Assembly (NCBI GenBank): GCA_001938485.1
Contig: MQRK01199219.1
Span: 4,475-68,474, forward strand
Source of the DNA: Girardia tigrina
Taxonomy: Eukaryota
Reading direction: 5' to 3'
DNA length: 64,000 nucleotides
The notes under the pieces are model-generated. The model was not told where the DNA came from. It made no database searches and saw only the letters and a program-made list of their open reading frames with translations. The translations under genes were made by a program, and so were the position numbers. This document shows positions 12,575 to 25,664 of the stretch, piece by piece; within the stretch, counting starts at the first letter, position 1; each line of letters begins with the position of its first letter.

Positions 12575-14529
12575 ATAATGATGATCAAAGTTCCATTTCT
12601 ATAGATCAAGTTGTGACTGTGCGCGTGTACAGTGGTCAATCAGAGTTCTTCATTGAAGGGTATCAATACTAAAAGTTATTTCCCGTATAGTTTGAAAAAG
12701 ATGCATTTCAGAAAATTTGGTTTCATTTTCACGACATTGTCAGAAAGTAGGTGCCCAGTAAAAAACTGTTAAAATATGACTTGGTCTGCAGGACTCAAGC
12801 GGTACACTGCTACTGCCAGGTCGCTGTGTCGAGCTCTTCGGGTACAAACTTACCGTACATTAAAGGGATGCAGGTCACCACAACTGGACCCAGTGGCTGG
12901 AACCTTAACTTGATTCGTGTTTTAAAATGAAAATAAATATTTATATTACATAACAAATATAGAATAATTTAAAATTGAGAAATAATGATTTTTAAAACCA
13001 GTTTTTTTGTTATTGATATTGCGAAATATTAAAATTTGAAATGGGTGAACTATTTTCAAATGCAACATGAGTAAATGCGGATTTTATGAATTATCTAGAG
13101 GAAATTTTTGGTTTTGAAAATGCATATGTCCATTAACTGTTCTTTGAATTGCTGACGACGTATTAGGAAATAGATGAAAGATAAATATCGTCTCCGAAAT
13201 TACTAAAGTGGTTTTATGGACTCTTTGATATAGAAGATATAATAGAATGAGAACCGGCCCTCTTTATGACCATAAATAATGATTGTGTGATTCTTACAAA
13301 ACAAGAAAGATGGTAGTCTGGAATCATATTTTCACGAAGGGTAGGAGTACATAAAATTAGCCACAATCTGAGATACATACCACCGAGGACAGAATGTAAC
13401 GGCTGCGCTGCATGGATCACTCTTCGATTACCAGATATAATCTTACCTATATTAAAATCCTTATTTTAATTTATATCTGTTCCATTTCCTCATTCATCCT
13501 AATATAATAAACAAGTATATTGCAGGATAGATATGTGAATAATATTTTTTTATAATTTTACCCAAAAATACATAAACTATGTGGTGATGTCATTCCTCAC
13601 CACATTCAATAATATCGAAGTCCAATGATGTCACATCTCATAATATCACTAAAGCTCAAGTTCCGGTGATTTTATGTCATTACATCACCGGAATATGCAA
13701 TTGTAAGGTCAGATTCAATTGCATGAAATGACTCATGGCATATTATATAATATTGTCTTCGTATAAAAGGACGAGGATTTTCATTTGTAATGGGTTATTG
13801 AACACCACTTGTATTTCAATAAAATTTATCTTTCAATTCGTGTTCTTTACAAATTTATTACTTTGCTGCTCCCAACAAGATGAGCCTGTGTCAGATCCAC
13901 TGATCCACTCCAAAGACACAATTGTTAAGTGGACGGTAAGCAGAAACATTATGTAACAATAAAAATAATTTTACACAAATAAATGTCGATACAATAAAAT
14001 GTTAACAAATAAAATTAAACAATAAAATTTATTTATTAATCCTTAAGTTAATGTTGTGGCTGCATCCCCGTAAGTAATCGATTGATTTGTGATTCTCATA
14101 GTTCAATCACGTGGAAGGAGTAGTTTTTATTTTTTTATTTATTTTGTTATTTTTTAATTGTTCTTTTTCGAACAAATTTTGATTATTATTTTTTTTTACT
14201 TTTATTTTTAGATTGGAAAGTTTTAAAATTTGAATTTTTAATATTTTTAATTTCCAAATTTTTAATAAAATTCTCTTTTGTATTTAAACACCGGTTTGTA
14301 AAATTTGTTTAAATTTTGGATTATAAATTCTAATTTCATTAGATAATTACTTTTTGCCAATCTCAGAATTATTTTGGTTCTTTTTCTCTTAATTTTTGAA
14401 AATATTTCCAAAAATTTCTTTTTTATTTTTTAAATTTTTTTATAAAAACTTTCATTCTTATAATTAAAAATATTTTCTTCGTTAAATTTGCTATTTCTAT
14501 TTTTAATATTTTCATTTTTATAATTAAGG

Positions 14530-14563
14530 AAATAATTGTCCTTCGACGAATTGTCCTAGAGCC
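14530..14563. mobile_element. Isolated MULE-like terminal repeat fragment
   Basis: aattgtccttcgacgaattgtcctagagcc has the same repeated ggaca-ttcg architecture as the ends of the 26474 element. Partner end not found. Confidence 0.35.
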
Positions 14564-14759
14564 TATGTGAACACATTGGGAACAGTAAATAATATTCAAA
14601 TTCATAAATTCATTCAAATAGGAACATCAAAAATAAAAACCTTAGACAAAAAGAAAAAAACAATTTTATTCACATTTTTTGCATCTCCACAAAAGACCTG
14701 CTGTAAATCGTAAGCATAATTCGACAGATTCCCGAATTTATGAAATCTTAAGTGGATCC

Positions 14760-15207
14760 TGTTTCATGCATCACAATTTGAATGCAAACATTTATTGAAC
14801 ACACAAACAAATTCTTCACAACAATTTTCATTGGTCATCTTTCTTTGATTGATATAGTTTTTGATTAAATATTCAAATATGAAAAACAATGAATGGAAAA
14901 GTTTAATAATAAATTTTAATTTCTCATAATTTTATTGAGTAAAAATACATTATGTGATTTTTTAAATAAACATTAATTTTTAAAATATATTAAATTTACT
15001 AAGTTAAAATCGTTTACTGAAAATATAATTAAATTTCATAATTATCAAACTTAAATTAATTAGTACTTAAAATTAATATCATTAGATTAATTTCATTAGA
15101 TTCAAATAATCAATCAATAAACATATCAATCCCATCTGAGTAGGAGAGTCACAAATCTAAACAGCATACAAACAATAAACTACCAATATTCCAAATTATC
15201 CCTCACA
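14760..15207 (-). mobile_element. Solo-LTR-like element, TGTGAGG family (same subfamily as 57720 and 30592)
   Basis: Aligns by eye over about 440 bp to the reverse complement of 57720-58160; TG...CA ends; no matching TSD seen. Confidence 0.8.
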
Positions 15208-15448
15208 AAAACCTTATATCGAACCCCGAGAAACGTTTTACAGGACAGCATGGACTATCGACACCAACTACTAGCATAAATAACGAGCTCAAAGCGTAAA
15301 ATAAAAAAGTCAGAATAAATCATAGAGGATTCATCTTGAAAAATCTTTCCATCCAAAATTTTAATTTAAAACGAAAAAATAAAGTCTATGATAATTTAGA
15401 TAGGATAAATATTCAGACTGGCCCCTTTAACCTGAGCTTTTTTAAATA

Positions 15449-16722
15449 TTGGGTTGACCAAAAAGTCATTGCGTTTTTTACTAAAATATTTATTATCAAA
15501 AAATGACATGGATGCACAAATATTTTTACACGATATACTGTACATTATTTTCAATCACTTTCTTCCTCCTTTCCGATAGCTTCATTATTCCTGATTAATA
15601 AAAACCTTTGCCTTTGTCAGCAAAAAAGCCATCTAGGAACAATTTGATGTCATCATCACTGGCGAATGTTTTTCTGTTTAAGGAATTTTGCAGTGATCTA
15701 AATAAGTGAAAGTCCGATGAGGCCAAATCTGGAGAAAACGGTGGGTGCGGCAAAACCTCCCAACCCAGTGATAAGAGTTTCTGGCGAGTGGTCAAACTTG
15801 TATGCGGACTTGCGTTATCATGCTGAATTACAACTTCTTTTCAATTTGCAAATTCAGGACGTTCCTGTTGAATTGAATGAGCCAATTTCTCCAGCTGACC
15901 ACAATTTCTGTCTGAATTGATGGTTTCATTCCTCAGAAGGAGTTCAAAAAACACAATTCCTTTAAAATCCCACCAGACGGAAAGCATAACCTTCTTTTGG
16001 TGAATTTCTGCTTTTGGGATCGTTTTTGCAGGCTCACCACGTTTTGTCCATGATCGTCGGTGTTTCACATTGTTGTAAACAATCCATTTTGCGTCACTCG
16101 TAATCAAGCGCTTCAAAAATGGATCACTTTGTTCTCGCTTCAAAAGGGAATCGAAAATGTCTATACGTTTCACCAAATGAATTTCATTCAGTTCATGTGG
16201 TAACCACATATCGAGTTTACTGACAAATCCAAGTTTCTTTAAATGACTTCCAACACTTGATTTTGATATTTCCAGAGTCTCTGCAACTTCTCTTGTCGTC
16301 ATATGNNNNNNNNNNNNNNNNNNNNNNNNNNNNNNNNNNNNNNNNNNNNNNNNNNNNNNNNNNNNNNNNNNNNNNNNNNNNNNNNNNNNNNNNNNNNNNN
16401 NNNNNNNNNNNNNNNNNNNNNNNNNNNNNNNNNNNNNNNNNNNNNNNNNNNNNNNTATCTTCTTATGAGCTTGCACAGCGGTTTTCCCTTTGCGAAAATA
16501 ATGCAACAAAACATGACGAATATGCTCATTTTGATTTTCCATTTCGAATTGACGGTAAAGTAATAAATTAAAATGAAATCCATTAATATTTTGCATAAAC
16601 ATAGTCTGGAAATTAAGGTTTCAGAATATATAATTGAATTTAAATTTTATCAAATCGTTTTATATTTTCAAGCTTTTTATTAGGACGTACTCAAAAACGC
16701 AATGATTTTTTGGCCAACCCAA
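15449..16722 (-). mobile_element. Mariner, mellifera-subfamily-like, full length, inactivated
   Basis: About 30-bp TIRs ttgggttgaccaaaaagtcattgcgttttt, TA TSD. Transposase MENQNEHIRHVLLHYFRKGK ... HPPFSPDLASSDF with in-frame stops at 15841 and 15595; 150-N gap. Confidence 0.95.
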
Positions 16723-16864
16723 TAGTTTTTTACTAATGGAAGGAGGTTAATTTTTTTAATATTAAATTATATTTTTTTATTAGTTAGTTTTTTATTTAAC
16801 CTTTGTTTTTGAAATTTTAAAAAATAAAAATGTCTACCAAAGCATCCATAGAAATTATTCAATT

Positions 16865-17190
16865 TGTCAGTTGGCCAACTGCCATATTCAAGGCAAAGTT
16901 GACAAGTTTTGGTTGCATAAGGATGGTGCTCTATCCCATAGGACTGAAGAACTATTCGTTTTCATATCTGAATATTTTGGAACATGGATCATTTTTTCAT
17001 TTTTATTCCCTATTCACTGTATCTCAATTCCGTGGACTTTTTCTGTGATATTTCTTAAAAGACAGCGTCTTCAAAAATGCTCCAAAAACAATTTCAGACC
17101 TTCATAACAAGGTTGATTGATGAAATTTCGACTTCTTTTTAAAGGCGATTGATGCAGATTTGAGAGTTGATTATAGGACACGGTTACATT
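16865..17190 (+). pseudogene. Tc1/mariner-superfamily transposase fragment (QQDGA-type, DD37D/DD41D-like)
   Basis: FWLHKDGALSHRT...SEYFG, then frameshifted LNSVDFF ... FLKDSVFKNAPKT, matching WFQQDGAPPH / DLNPCDFFLWGYLK. Confidence 0.6.
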
Positions 17191-17214
17191 TATCTCCAAA
17201 ATGTGTTATTTTTA

Positions 17215-17960
17215 TTGAAGTTGGTCAACTCGACCGATTTATCTACCATTAACTGCATAGGACTCTGATTGTCTGCAAGCAGTACAAGGTCATCGGCGTA
17301 TGCTAAGCAACTCACACGGTGATTAGCTATTATCATACCGCCATAAGATTGTTGGTCCAGTTCTAACAAGAACGGGTTTATGGCGATATTAAATAACTGC
17401 ATTGAGAGTGGACAACCCTGCCGCACCCCCACCAAAATCGGGATCTGACCCGTCACCGTGTTGTCACATTTGTACGCCGATGAACAGTCCTTGTACAACT
17501 GTCTTATCAGGTCACATGAGTCGTCTCCTACACCCATTCTGCTCAGCAGTTTCAGAATGATTTCCACCGACACTGAGCCAAATGCATCAGCATTGTCTAA
17601 CATTGTCGCGTGGAACTCAGTTCCTACTAACTGAGAGTAGTACTTGTCCAGGATCGCCATAATGAGAAATTTGTGCTCAGCACAACCATCATGCGGTCCC
17701 AGACTTTTCTGCAATGGGTGCAGGAGTTCGTTAGCTACTATCCACCTGTTCAGTTGATCTCTTAGAAGTGTAGCCAATATTTTATAGGCACATTCTAAGA
17801 GAACTATCGGTCTCCATGATGAGATCTCACTTTAGTGGCCTTGCTTTCCCGGTTTTGGAAGAAGTGTTGTGAAGAACTCCTTCCAACTTTCCGGGATCAC
17901 TCGACTATTAATAACCCTATTGTACAACTTGGTGTACATTGCTCCCACCGGGTCATAATA
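17215..17960 (-). mobile_element. Non-LTR retrotransposon RT fragment, RLE-bearing type (NeSL/Utopia/R2-like)
   Basis: SSWRPIVLLECAYKILATLL, HDGCAEH, LDNADAFGSV, GVRQGCPLS, LAYADDLVL. The GCAEH and AFGSV motifs are typical of early-branching RLE clades. Truncated on both sides. Confidence 0.85.
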
Positions 17961-18554
17961 TAACATATCTTCAATTCAAACAACCTTTTGGTAGGAAAAA
18001 GATTCAATTCTGAAGATTCCGTAAAAATGGTAATCTAGGAATTTATAGATTATCATCCACCAAATTTTTATTCAAATGGCCTCTACAAGCAAAAAAGTAG
18101 AATGGCAAAAAAATGGCAAAAGTATGTCGATAATATGAGTGCAATGCATTGTTTGTCAATAAACTTTAAATTATCAATAAACTTTTACTTTAGTTCTACA
18201 AACTTCCTACTTGACGACCTAATATTATTTTAATTAATGTTGCCAAAAGTAACTTTAAACAATTATAAATTTTAGTTTGTTATTTATATTTTGAGTTAAA
18301 AAAAAGATAATTTTGAGTTATTATTTATTATCTCAGAAAAATAGAAAAGAGGAAAATAATTATATTTCTTGTAACGTTTTTTTAATAAATATTCATTAAT
18401 TCAATTTTGGGCGGTCGAAATCCTTAGTTAAAATACATTTTAATTGGATTAATATTTGTTTTATTGTATAATAAATTAAATTACAATTTTCATAGAATAT
18501 AATTTACAAATATTTTTTTATTTTTGTTAAAAACAAGTTATTATTATTGTTATT

Positions 18555-18592
<38 letters not shown>

Positions 18593-19299
18593 CTGAAAAT
18601 TGTTTTTAGAATTAAACCCGCAAATATCTCTACCGATAGATATGTAAAATTACCACACGTATATTCGATGCGGAGCTCAATACATGAGCTTGATTCTACA
18701 ATCGCGGTGTGTAGGTGTGTGGTGTGTTGCGGGTGAGTGTGTGCACGTTGTGTGTGTATACTTGATGATGCCGCGCTACAGTAAACATAGGTATGATCCA
18801 TCAATCATCAAACAGTTGATAAAAGTCTTTGAACAGGCCGCTCTCGCTATGAACTCAACCGATTTATTGTTAATGAAGTGGTAATTGAGTGTTATTAAAT
18901 CTCTTTGACCAGATAAGCTCGGTCGTGTCAATTTAAATGTATAAATGAAATATTTGTTCATAAATTCTCGACTGACATGTCACATTAATGTGACGTTTGA
19001 AAATGATAAATGACCGTGTCAATACACTTTATTATTATTATTATTATTATCATTATTATTTTTGTCGTTGTGTATCATTCACTTTTATCTCATTTTATCA
19101 GTTGTAGTTCCTTCAAACATTTTATTCCTTTAATGTTTTTATATTTTCCTTTCTAAATTTTGAGTTTATTTTAATTGGATTTGTTTTTTTTCGGTTGTAC
19201 GATTTTTTATTTTTTCATTAATAAAATAGTTTTAATAATTCAATTAAAATATGTAACGAAAAATTTCTTGTTACGAAATTCGATGAGGGTCCCGTCATA

Positions 19300-19870
19300 A
19301 TTAACAGATCAGATTACATGAATGACGTTTTAGGTACAGATAAATTTACTAAATTAAGTCTTAAAGAAAGTAGTAAAAATAATGAAGATAAAAGTATTAA
19401 TCACAAATTTGAGAAACTATTGGCATGTAAGAATTCACAACCGGCTGAATTATAATGGCTAACCAGATTACATGAAGCTGGCCATCCGCTCTGCCATGTA
19501 CTATCAAGGATTGACCCATGTTCTTGGTTCATTATTGAGTCTAATAAATTGCAGACCAAGGATAGGTTTGAATTCAAAGATATCCTTTTGGATCTGATAC
19601 CTAAAGGAGATTCTGATTTATGATCTCATTTGATGTTTATTTACCAATGTGTCTATCGTCGAAACAATTGATTTCTGGGGAAATTAATGGAATCATAATT
19701 CTAATTCTGTAAATATGTTTATATAAAATAGTCAATGAAAGAACTTCTTAAATTTCCTGCCAAATAATATATCATTTCTTTTTTCTTACTCAGAAAGATG
19801 GAGTTGCAATGGGTTCCCGATTACCACCAACGTTAGCCTCAATTCTTAAGAAGTATTTTGAGGATAAAAT
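19300..19870 (+). pseudogene. Decayed Penelope-like reverse transcriptase fragment
   Basis: PAEL*WLTRLHEAGHPLCHVLS (cf. PxLYGLPKIHKxxxPLRPIVS) and QKDGVAMGSRLPPTLASIL (cf. QxxGVAMGSPLSPxLAN). Cut at 19871 by a hAT end. Confidence 0.8.
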
Positions 19871-21690
19871 CAGTGGCGGTACGCGGACAAAACATTTGGG
19901 AGGGCTCCGAAGACATGTAGAACGACATTTATTGAATATCGATACTAACCAAAATTTTGCTACAATTATTTCGTATTTTTGTCAATATTGGCCATCGAAA
20001 AATATCATAACACACGTGTTTTAAACAAACGGCATACATTTATTTCAAATAATAAAAGCATTTCTCCTTAACTAAATGATAAAATTAAATTTTAACGTCT
20101 TTCTGTAAAGTTATTCCAGAAATGTGTTGCTGCACGATTTGATTCCACCTCATTAACCATTAAATTTAAAAGTCGATCTTGTGTCATAACTGTACGAAGG
20201 TGATTCTTCACTAATGTGAGTGCAGATGAAAACCGTTCACTGGACGCTGAGGTGACCGGTAATGTTAGCACCAGATGATAAAGTGTAGCCAGATGGGGAT
20301 AGATTGGGGTAAGGCCACGATTAACCATGTAGAGGAATGCAGAATGGATGATACCCTTCTCAAATATCTCACGTGACAACAACCGATACTCAGTCCGAGC
20401 ATTGGTCCTCTCAGGAAAAGGTCATAAAAGTTTCTAGTTGGTATAGATGAGATATGTTGAGAGAACCTAAGCATTCAAGGTATGACAACAAGGGAAGGAC
20501 ATTTGGATCAAAATGGCTTGCCAGTGCTGACAACAAAATGTCAATAGTTCTATAGAAAAAGTAACATCTGTATCTCTGTCATACATAGATACATAGAATA
20601 TATAATATAATATTGATATTTATTCCATTACCTGTGATTTACATTGATCATCAATGTGTTTGGATATTTTTCGTGGCAGTGGCTCTTCATATTAAACGTC
20701 AATAGCGACAGCAATTTGTTCAGCTTTTCTCCACATCAGATCAGAATCCTTTTCAGAATATTGCTCTTTGATTGCACTAATCAGTGAGTTCACTTGTGAT
20801 GACACGGCTGATGTATTGGTGTCTTTTTTTGTAGAGCCTTAGAAAGAATATTAAAGAGCTCTAAGATTTCACTCATGACTGTAAGACAGAAGTAGAATTC
20901 AAAATCAATTACCTTTAAGATTGATGTTGCATCAACGGCTGTATCACGATCAAACGAGGCATCCAAAATTACATTTGTAATTGTAGTGACTATTACGAGA
21001 AATGTTTTCAATAACACATCAAGTTATCTGCACGGCTGTTGCACCGCGTTTTACTCAAAGATCGAAGAGTATGACGACCGGATGTTAAAGTGACTGTGTC
21101 CTTGGAACTTATTAAGTTCTCAAAAAGACCATGACGCTTTGTGGAACATTCTATAAAACCATAAAGTTTTGTAAAGAAATACCTCGTCGTAATATTTTCA
21201 CAGCACAAGTCGAAGATTACCAGATTTAAACGATGTGAAAGACAATGAAAAAAGTATGCTGAGGAAGAAATGTTGCGAAATCTTCCTTGTACACCAGTAT
21301 ACTGGCCTCTCATGTTGGAACAGCCATCGTTGCCTTCTCCGTGAATATTTGTCATAGATTATTCATGCCTTTTGAGAGCAGCTCAGCGCATCGAATATAT
21401 TCAAAACCGCGCAGTTTTTGAAATTCAGCATATCCAGCAATGCCTCAGCAATGTATCCAGATTGACTAACATATCGAACAATAAAAGAAAGTTGATCTTT
21501 CTTACTAAGGTCAGGTGAAGTATCCAAATATATGGGAAAAAAACTTCTCAAGCTGGAATTTCACTTCAGAGGCTATTGATTGAAGAAATAATGACAGTCA
21601 TTGTCTGTTGGATTAACTCAGTATGTCTGTAGCTTACAATAATAAGGAAATTGTCTTCCTTTGTTTAAATGTGTGCTAAAGGATCTAGTT
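19871..21690 (-). mobile_element. Decayed hAT transposon (ZMYM1/Tip100-like: DUF4371-type region plus hAT dimerisation domain)
   Basis: Terminal cagtggcggtacg at 19871; ORF pieces LDTSPDLSKKDQLSFIVRYV, DGCSNMRGQYTGVQ, HCLSHRLNLV, LSKTRC, TLPVTSASSERFSSAL...RTVMTQDRL. Confidence 0.9.
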
Positions 21691-21842
21691 ATTTTTATTA
21701 AAAGGTCCTTGAGTACACTTTAAACGTAAGAATAAAAATAAATAAAGAAATAATAAGTTTCAATTCAGATTTTCCAATTTAATTTTTTAACTTTTATTTT
21801 TATTTTATTAGTTATATTAAAATTGTTTAATCGTTTAATATC

Positions 21843-23820
21843 AATGGATTGCAAACCGAGTTTACCGGTTTTGAAAAAAACCGGTTTTTTTCATTGTTTT
21901 GTAACCTCAGAAACCCGGTTTTCTGATTTATAAAACCCGGTTTTCGTAATTTTATTAAAAATCTTTACATTTTTAATATTTGCATTATTATTTTCTATTT
22001 TTAATTCTCGTAATTCCAATAAAATACATTACTTTATTTATAATTGTTTAAATATTTATTTTATATTTATTTTTTATTAAAGAAATTATTATTCAGTACC
22101 AAGTAAAAGTAAAGAAAATTATAGATATGTGACCTTTAAATCCATTTTTAATAATTGTTTTTTTTAGAATTATGGATTACAAATTCGAGGAATACAAGAA
22201 AGTTATTGAAAATGACAAATCACTTTGGGCATATTTTCTTCGAGAGAGAAATGGTCAAGTGGCAAAATGCAAAACATGTTCAAAAGTAATGAAATGCTTA
22301 GGTGGATCAACTGGTGCACTTCATTCGCATTTGCAAACAGTACACAAAATTACTGCTCTGAAACGAGGATTTAAAGATTGGTGGAAGCAGTGAAACGTCC
22401 GCAAATTTATCCACGCCACCAACCAAAATTTCCTTATCTAAAAAGCAAATTACAGGATATTTCCATAAGAAAAGTGACGATGGCAGTTTTATCATTGGCA
22501 TACTTTGGCAGCGGTTTTATCACGTATGACCGCGAAAGACGGTATGGCCTTTTCTTTATTCTGTACATCATCCGATCTAAGATCGCTACTTGAATCGAAG
22601 GGATTTCGAGATATACCAAAATCGTCAAATACAATTCGGAAAATGGTGTTAAATTATGGTCAAAATATTTGCGATGTAATTAGAAAAAACCTCTCAGACA
22701 TGAAAAAGCGAAGTTTTGGTTTTAGTTTGACTTTCGATGAGTGGACGTCAATATCAAATTTTCGTTATTTAAACATCAACATTCATACTAAACAACAATT
22801 TTGGAATATTGGATTAATTCGTATTATTGGAAGTTTTCCAGCTGAAAAATGTATTCAGATCTTAGAAGAAAAGCTAATGATGTTTCATATTAGTCTGTCA
22901 AGTGACATCGTTTGCGTAACTACAGATGGTGCGTCAGTAATGAAAAACATTGGAAGACTAATTGAAGCTGAACAATAACTTTGCTTTGTACACTCAATCC
23001 ACTTGACTATTTTAAACGTGTTATATTTTAAAGAAAAATCTTCTAGCTCTAATATTTCTATTGAATTTGAACAGACAAAAAATAAGGATATGAAAGATTC
23101 CGACATCGATGACGACGACTTGTTGATAAATTCAATAAATCCTGACCAAATTAATTTTAGTGTTTCGAATGATGAATATAATCATCAAAAAGTTACTCAT
23201 AAAGGATTATTACCTCTTACACATAAGATACGAAAAGTTGTAAAACTTTTTTGAAATTCACCAGTGAAAAACGACGATATTCTCCAAAAATATATTGTAT
23301 CAGAATTTGGAAAAGAAAAAATAGTCTTGGACAGTAAGACACGATGGAACAGTTTACTTTTCATGTTCGAGCGTTTTTATGAATTACCAACATGCGTTCA
23401 AAAATCGTAAATCGATATGAAATCATCATATTCTTTTTCAGATGCTGAATTTAAACTTCTATCAGAAACTATTGCTGTTCTTTTACCCATAAAATTTGGA
23501 ATCGAGTCACTTTGTCGGCAAGATGCAAACCTTTTGACTACAGATGCGACTTTCAAATTTATACTTTCACATTTAGACAAAAGTAGGGGCCAGCTGGCAT
23601 TTGATATGAAAATGGAGCTATTATATCGATTTAAAGAAAGGCAAAAAGATTTATCTAGCTTACTTCATTATCTTCATAACAAATACCAGGTTGTCGATGC
23701 CGAAAATAATTCACATGCTGATATTTTCTCCGGACTTTCAAAAGCATCGATTCTTAAACTTATTGTTCAAATTCTTAATAGAATGACTAATAAATCGAAT
23801 CATGAAGAAATCTCGACAAG
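21843..23820 (+). mobile_element. Decayed, 3'-truncated hAT transposon with BED zinc finger (Ac/hobo/ZBED-like)
   Basis: Subterminal aaaccgg repeats 21850-21945; BED finger LWAYF...AKCKTC...STGALHSHLQTVH; FSLTFDEWTS, VTTDGASVMK, CFVHSIHL, DSKTRWNSL; several stops and frameshifts. Confidence 0.9.
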
Positions 23821-23824
23821 ATAT

Positions 23825-24341
23825 GTGTTATTACACTGGGTGTCACCAGTGTCAAACCTGGTACAGTTGAGAGAACACAACTTTCTTTCAGATTTCCATT
23901 TGGTCAGACATTTCAGTCAAATTGCATCGATGAGACTTCGGATTGTTTTGGATTTTATGGGAAGGCTAAAATTGAGTTGATTGCATTGAGTGCGAGAAGT
24001 TTAACTTTTAACTTAAAGATTAATTTTAAAGATTAACTTTTGGTGTGTTGTTAGTTGTCATCTTTATCATATGTCTCCGTTACCTTGTAAAGTACGGAAC
24101 GATAGAGAAAACATATCGTTTTCTGAAATGGCAATTGATAGCTGCCAATGGTTGGTTTGCGAGAATGGAATTAATTGCATTTAGTGCATTTCTCTTAGTT
24201 TTAAGGAAAAGTGAAATAAATTTATTTTCATCCAATAATTTATTGGATAAATTTTATTTATTTTCGGCAAGCTACCATATAGTGTAATTGCTTAGTGCAT
24301 TTTGTGACCTGATGATGGGATTATTATCTCGAAATGCGTCG

Positions 24342-24346
<5 letters not shown>
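23825..24346 (+). mobile_element. 5'-truncated Penelope-like element (decayed endonuclease remnant plus pLTR with hammerhead)
   Basis: Frameshifted YTG-VTSVKPGT-LREH ... LVRHF resembles GIY-YIG YIGxTxxxLxxRxxEH; ends in an intact hammerhead followed by (TA)n. Confidence 0.6.
24303..24346 (+). ncRNA. Minimal type-I hammerhead ribozyme
   Basis: tgac-CTGATGA-t-gggat[tatt]atctc-GAAA-tgcg-TC-gtta: both core boxes intact, 5-bp stem II (one G-U), helix I 4-6 bp, predicted cleavage after GUC at 24340. Confidence 0.85.
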
Positions 24347-24372
<26 letters not shown>

Positions 24373-24376
<4 letters not shown>

Positions 24377-25664
24377 TTCGTACCAGAAAGAGTGAGAATG
24401 ATGTAATATTTCTATGTTTGTGATCTGTAAAGGCGGAAATTACTTGCGCAGTATATAGTAACATATAAAGAGTAAAAATATGTAATAGTTAAAAAAATAT
24501 TGACAGAAAATATTTATTGGATGATTTATTTGTCTGTATGATGGCGGAAAATCGAAAAAATCTTCGTTTCTATACCTTCTCCCGTTATTCACTCGGCATA
24601 ACGATAAGTGAAATTTATCAGGAAATTATCTCTGTTCATGGTGCTGACAGTGTTGGAGAATCTACAGTGTATCGGTGGATAACTGAATTTGACAATGGCA
24701 AGACTTCTTTTGCTTGGGAAAACTGCGGGAGAAAATCAACAAAAACAACCCCTGAAAACATTCTGTTGGTCTCTGGAATTATTAACGCCAATGGTGCAGT
24801 GACCATTGATGAAATTGAAGGTGAGACATCCCTTAGCCATGGAACCATTCAGCGTATTGTGAGTGACCATTTGGGATTTCGGTATGTTGTCTGTAAGTGG
24901 CCTCCTCATGCATTGTCAAATGATCAAAATGTTAATCGTGTCACTGCTGCAAAAGAATGGTTGAAAATTTTGAAAAGCAAACACCAACATGAACATATTG
25001 TGATGGTGGATGAGAAGTTGTTTTACATGAGAACTATTTGCAAGAAAAGAAGCAACCGTTGCTGGGTCTCGCTGATGGTGATCACAGTGAACTCATTCAT
25101 GTCATGAAGCGTAACCAGTTTGACAGAAAAATCATGACTGTCATTGCAGTGTGCTTCACTGGAAAGTTTCGTTACGAACTGCTACAGGAGAGAGAAAGCA
25201 TGAATAACGAGCTTTATGTTACTTTTCTTGTTAATATGGAGAAGAAGTTTAGTCGACATGTGTTTCCACTCAACTGGTGAAACATGATTTTCGTGCATGA
25301 CAAAGCGAGGCCTCATGTTTCCAAAGTGACGTCCATGTTTCTCGCAAACAGGAATGCTACCTTGCTCCGTCAATCCCCATATTCCCCAGATTATAACATC
25401 TTGGATCGCTTTATTCACCCTTACTTGGAAGACCAGCGACACAAAACCAATTTTCAATCTGCAGATGAGTTACATCAATTCATTACATCAGAACTGAAAA
25501 ATATTTCTGCTGATCGATGGTCATCTGAGATGGAAAACTGATACAATGCCTCTCTAATGTTATAAAGAAGAATGGTGATTATGAATGTTTACACAGGGTT
25601 GTTGTTTTACATTGCTCGTTAAAAATGATATTGACATTTCAAACGTCTTTCTTTCTGGTATGAA

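Noticed and set aside
23417-23980. 187-aa ORF as a possible chimeric gene
   Set aside because: Read-through from a dead hAT fragment into an adjacent Penelope remnant; the upstream frame is broken by stops.
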